A stretch of 64,000 nt of DNA from Eledone cirrhosa (taxonomy: Eukaryota), in NCBI GenBank assembly GCA_964016885.1, contig OZ024742.1, positions 367,350,001 through 367,414,000 on the forward strand. Reading direction: 5' to 3'. Shown one piece after another: positions 61,701 through 64,000 of the stretch; position 1 is the stretch's first letter, and every line of letters starts with the position of its first letter. A program made the position numbers and the translations under genes. The notes below the pieces were generated by a model. The model had not been told where the DNA came from. It made no database searches and saw only the letters and a program-made list of their open reading frames with translations.

Positions 61701-63964
61701 TATAAAACATACCATCAACATTATCAAACATACCATCAATATTATCAAACATACCAGCAATATTATCAAACACACCAACAATATTATCAAACATATCATC
61801 AACATTATCAAGCATACCATCTATATTATCAAACATACCATCAACATTATCAAACATACCAGCAACATTATCAAACATACCATCAACATTATCAAACATA
61901 CCACTAATATTATCAAACATACCATCAACATTATCAAACATATATTCAACATTATCAAACATAGCATCAACATTATCAAAGATACCGTCAATATTATCAA
62001 ACATACCATCAACATAATCAAACATACCACCAATATTATCAAACATACCACCAATACTACCAAACATAACATCAACATTATCAAACATACCAGCAATATT
62101 ATCAAACATACCATCAACATTATCAAACTTACCAGCAATATTATCAAACATACCATCATCATTATCAAACATACCATCAACATTATCAAACACCATCAAT
62201 ATTATCAAACATACCATCAACATTATCAAACATACCATCAACATTATCAAACATACCATCAATATTATCAAACATACCACCAATATTATCAAACATACCA
62301 TTAACATTATCAAACATACCATTAACATTATCAAACATACAAGCAAAATTATCAAACATACCATCAACATTATCAAACATACCCTCAATATTTTAAAACA
62401 TACCATCAACATTATCAAACATACCATCAACATTATCAAACATACCATCAATATTATCTAACATACCATCAACATTATCAAACATACCAGCAATATTATC
62501 AAACATACTATCAATATTATCAAACATACCAGCAATATTATCAAACATACCATCAACATTATCAAACATACCATCAACATTATCAAACATAACAGCAATA
62601 TTATCAAATATACCATAAATATTATCAAACATACCACCAACATTATCAAAAATACCATCAATATTATCAAACATACCATCAACATTATCAAACATACCAG
62701 CAACATTATCAAACATACCATCAACATTATCAAACATACCCTCAATATTTTAAAACATACCATCAACATTATCAAACATACCATCAACATTATCAAACAT
62801 ACCATCAATATTATCTAACATACCATCAACATTATCAAACATACCAGCAATATTATCAAACATACTATCAATATTATCAAACATACCAGCAATATTATCA
62901 AACATACCATCAACATTATCAAACATACCATCAACATTATCAAACATACCAGCAATATTATCAAATATACCATAAATATTATCAAACATACCACCAACAT
63001 TATCAAAAATACCATCAATTTTATCAAACATACCATCAACATTATCAAACATAACAGCAATATTATCAAACATACCAACGACATTATCAAACATACCACC
63101 AACATTATCAAACATACCATCAACATTATCAAACATACCATCAACATTATCAAACATACCATTAACATTATCAAACTTACCATCAACATTATCAAACATA
63201 CCACTAATATTATCAAACATACCATCAACATTATCAAACATACCAGCCATTTTATCAATCATACCATCAACATTATCAAACTTACCAGCAATATTATCAA
63301 ACATACCATCATCATTATCAAACATACCATCAACATTATCAAACACCATCAATATTATCAAACATGCCATCAACATTATCAAACATACCATCAACATTAT
63401 CAAACATACCATCAATATTATCAAACATACCACCAATATTATCAAACATACCATCAACATTATCAAACATACCATCAACATTATCAAACATACCAGCAAA
63501 ATTATCAAACATACCATCAACATTATCAAACATACCCTCAATATTGTTAAACATACCATGAACATTATCAAACATACCATGAACATTATCAAACATACCA
63601 TCAACATTATCAAACATACCACCAACATTATCAAACATACCATCAACATTATCAAACATACCAGCAAAATTATCAAACATACCATCAACATTATCAAACA
63701 TACCCTCAATATTGTTAAACATACCATCAACATTATCAAACATACCATCAACATTATGAAACATACCATCTACATTATCAAACATACCGCCAACATTATC
63801 AAACATACCATCAACATTATCAAACATACCACCAACATTATCAAACATACCATCAACATTATCAAACATACCATCAACATTATCAAACATACCATCAACA
63901 TTATCAAACATACCATCAACATTATCAAACATACCATCAATATTATCAAACTTACCAGCAATAT
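19701..63964. repeat. 44-kb satellite array, 21-bp monomer, ~2100 copies, with higher-order repeats; both ends inside the window
   Basis: Consensus CATTATCAAACATACCATCAA, G-poor on +. Recurrent indel monomers (e.g. TCAAACACCATC, TCAAAACATACC, AAACATATCAAC) mark multi-kb periods. Confidence 0.99.
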
Positions 63965-64000
63965 CCTCTAGTAAATCTTACCATTGCTCCATCTGTGGAT

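Noticed and set aside
19641-63971. Hundreds of MFDNVDG, CLIMLMV and IIKHTIN ORFs as genes
   Set aside because: A direct consequence of a stop-poor 21-bp monomer; they overlap in five frames and have frequent frameshifts.

Overview
Eukaryotic, repeat-dominated, AT-rich DNA with no intact host gene. The tRNA-derived SINEs and long (TA)n tracts look cephalopod (octopus-like), which is inference only. About 53 of the 64 kb are four satellites: a 39-bp array (1-4112), a 22-bp array (4432-5548), a 20-bp array (9073-11799, with an inverted sister at 15388-16032) and a 44-kb 21-bp array (19701-63964) with higher-order repeats. Nearly all long ORFs in the track are read-through artefacts of these arrays. 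The 5.5-19.7 kb interval holds retroelement remnants: Penelope-like (PLE) GIY-YIG fragments, a 5'-truncated RTE-type LINE and several SINEs. It also contains a ~1.8-kb inverted duplication joined at microhomologies. The main unannotated signal is a cluster of hammerhead ribozyme folds in PLE-type terminal repeats. Two dissimilar families both carry the non-canonical U3-A8 core (UUGANAA instead of CUGANGA) and show compensatory changes between copies. One family is minimal; the other has a long extended stem II. All alignments and folds were done by eye.
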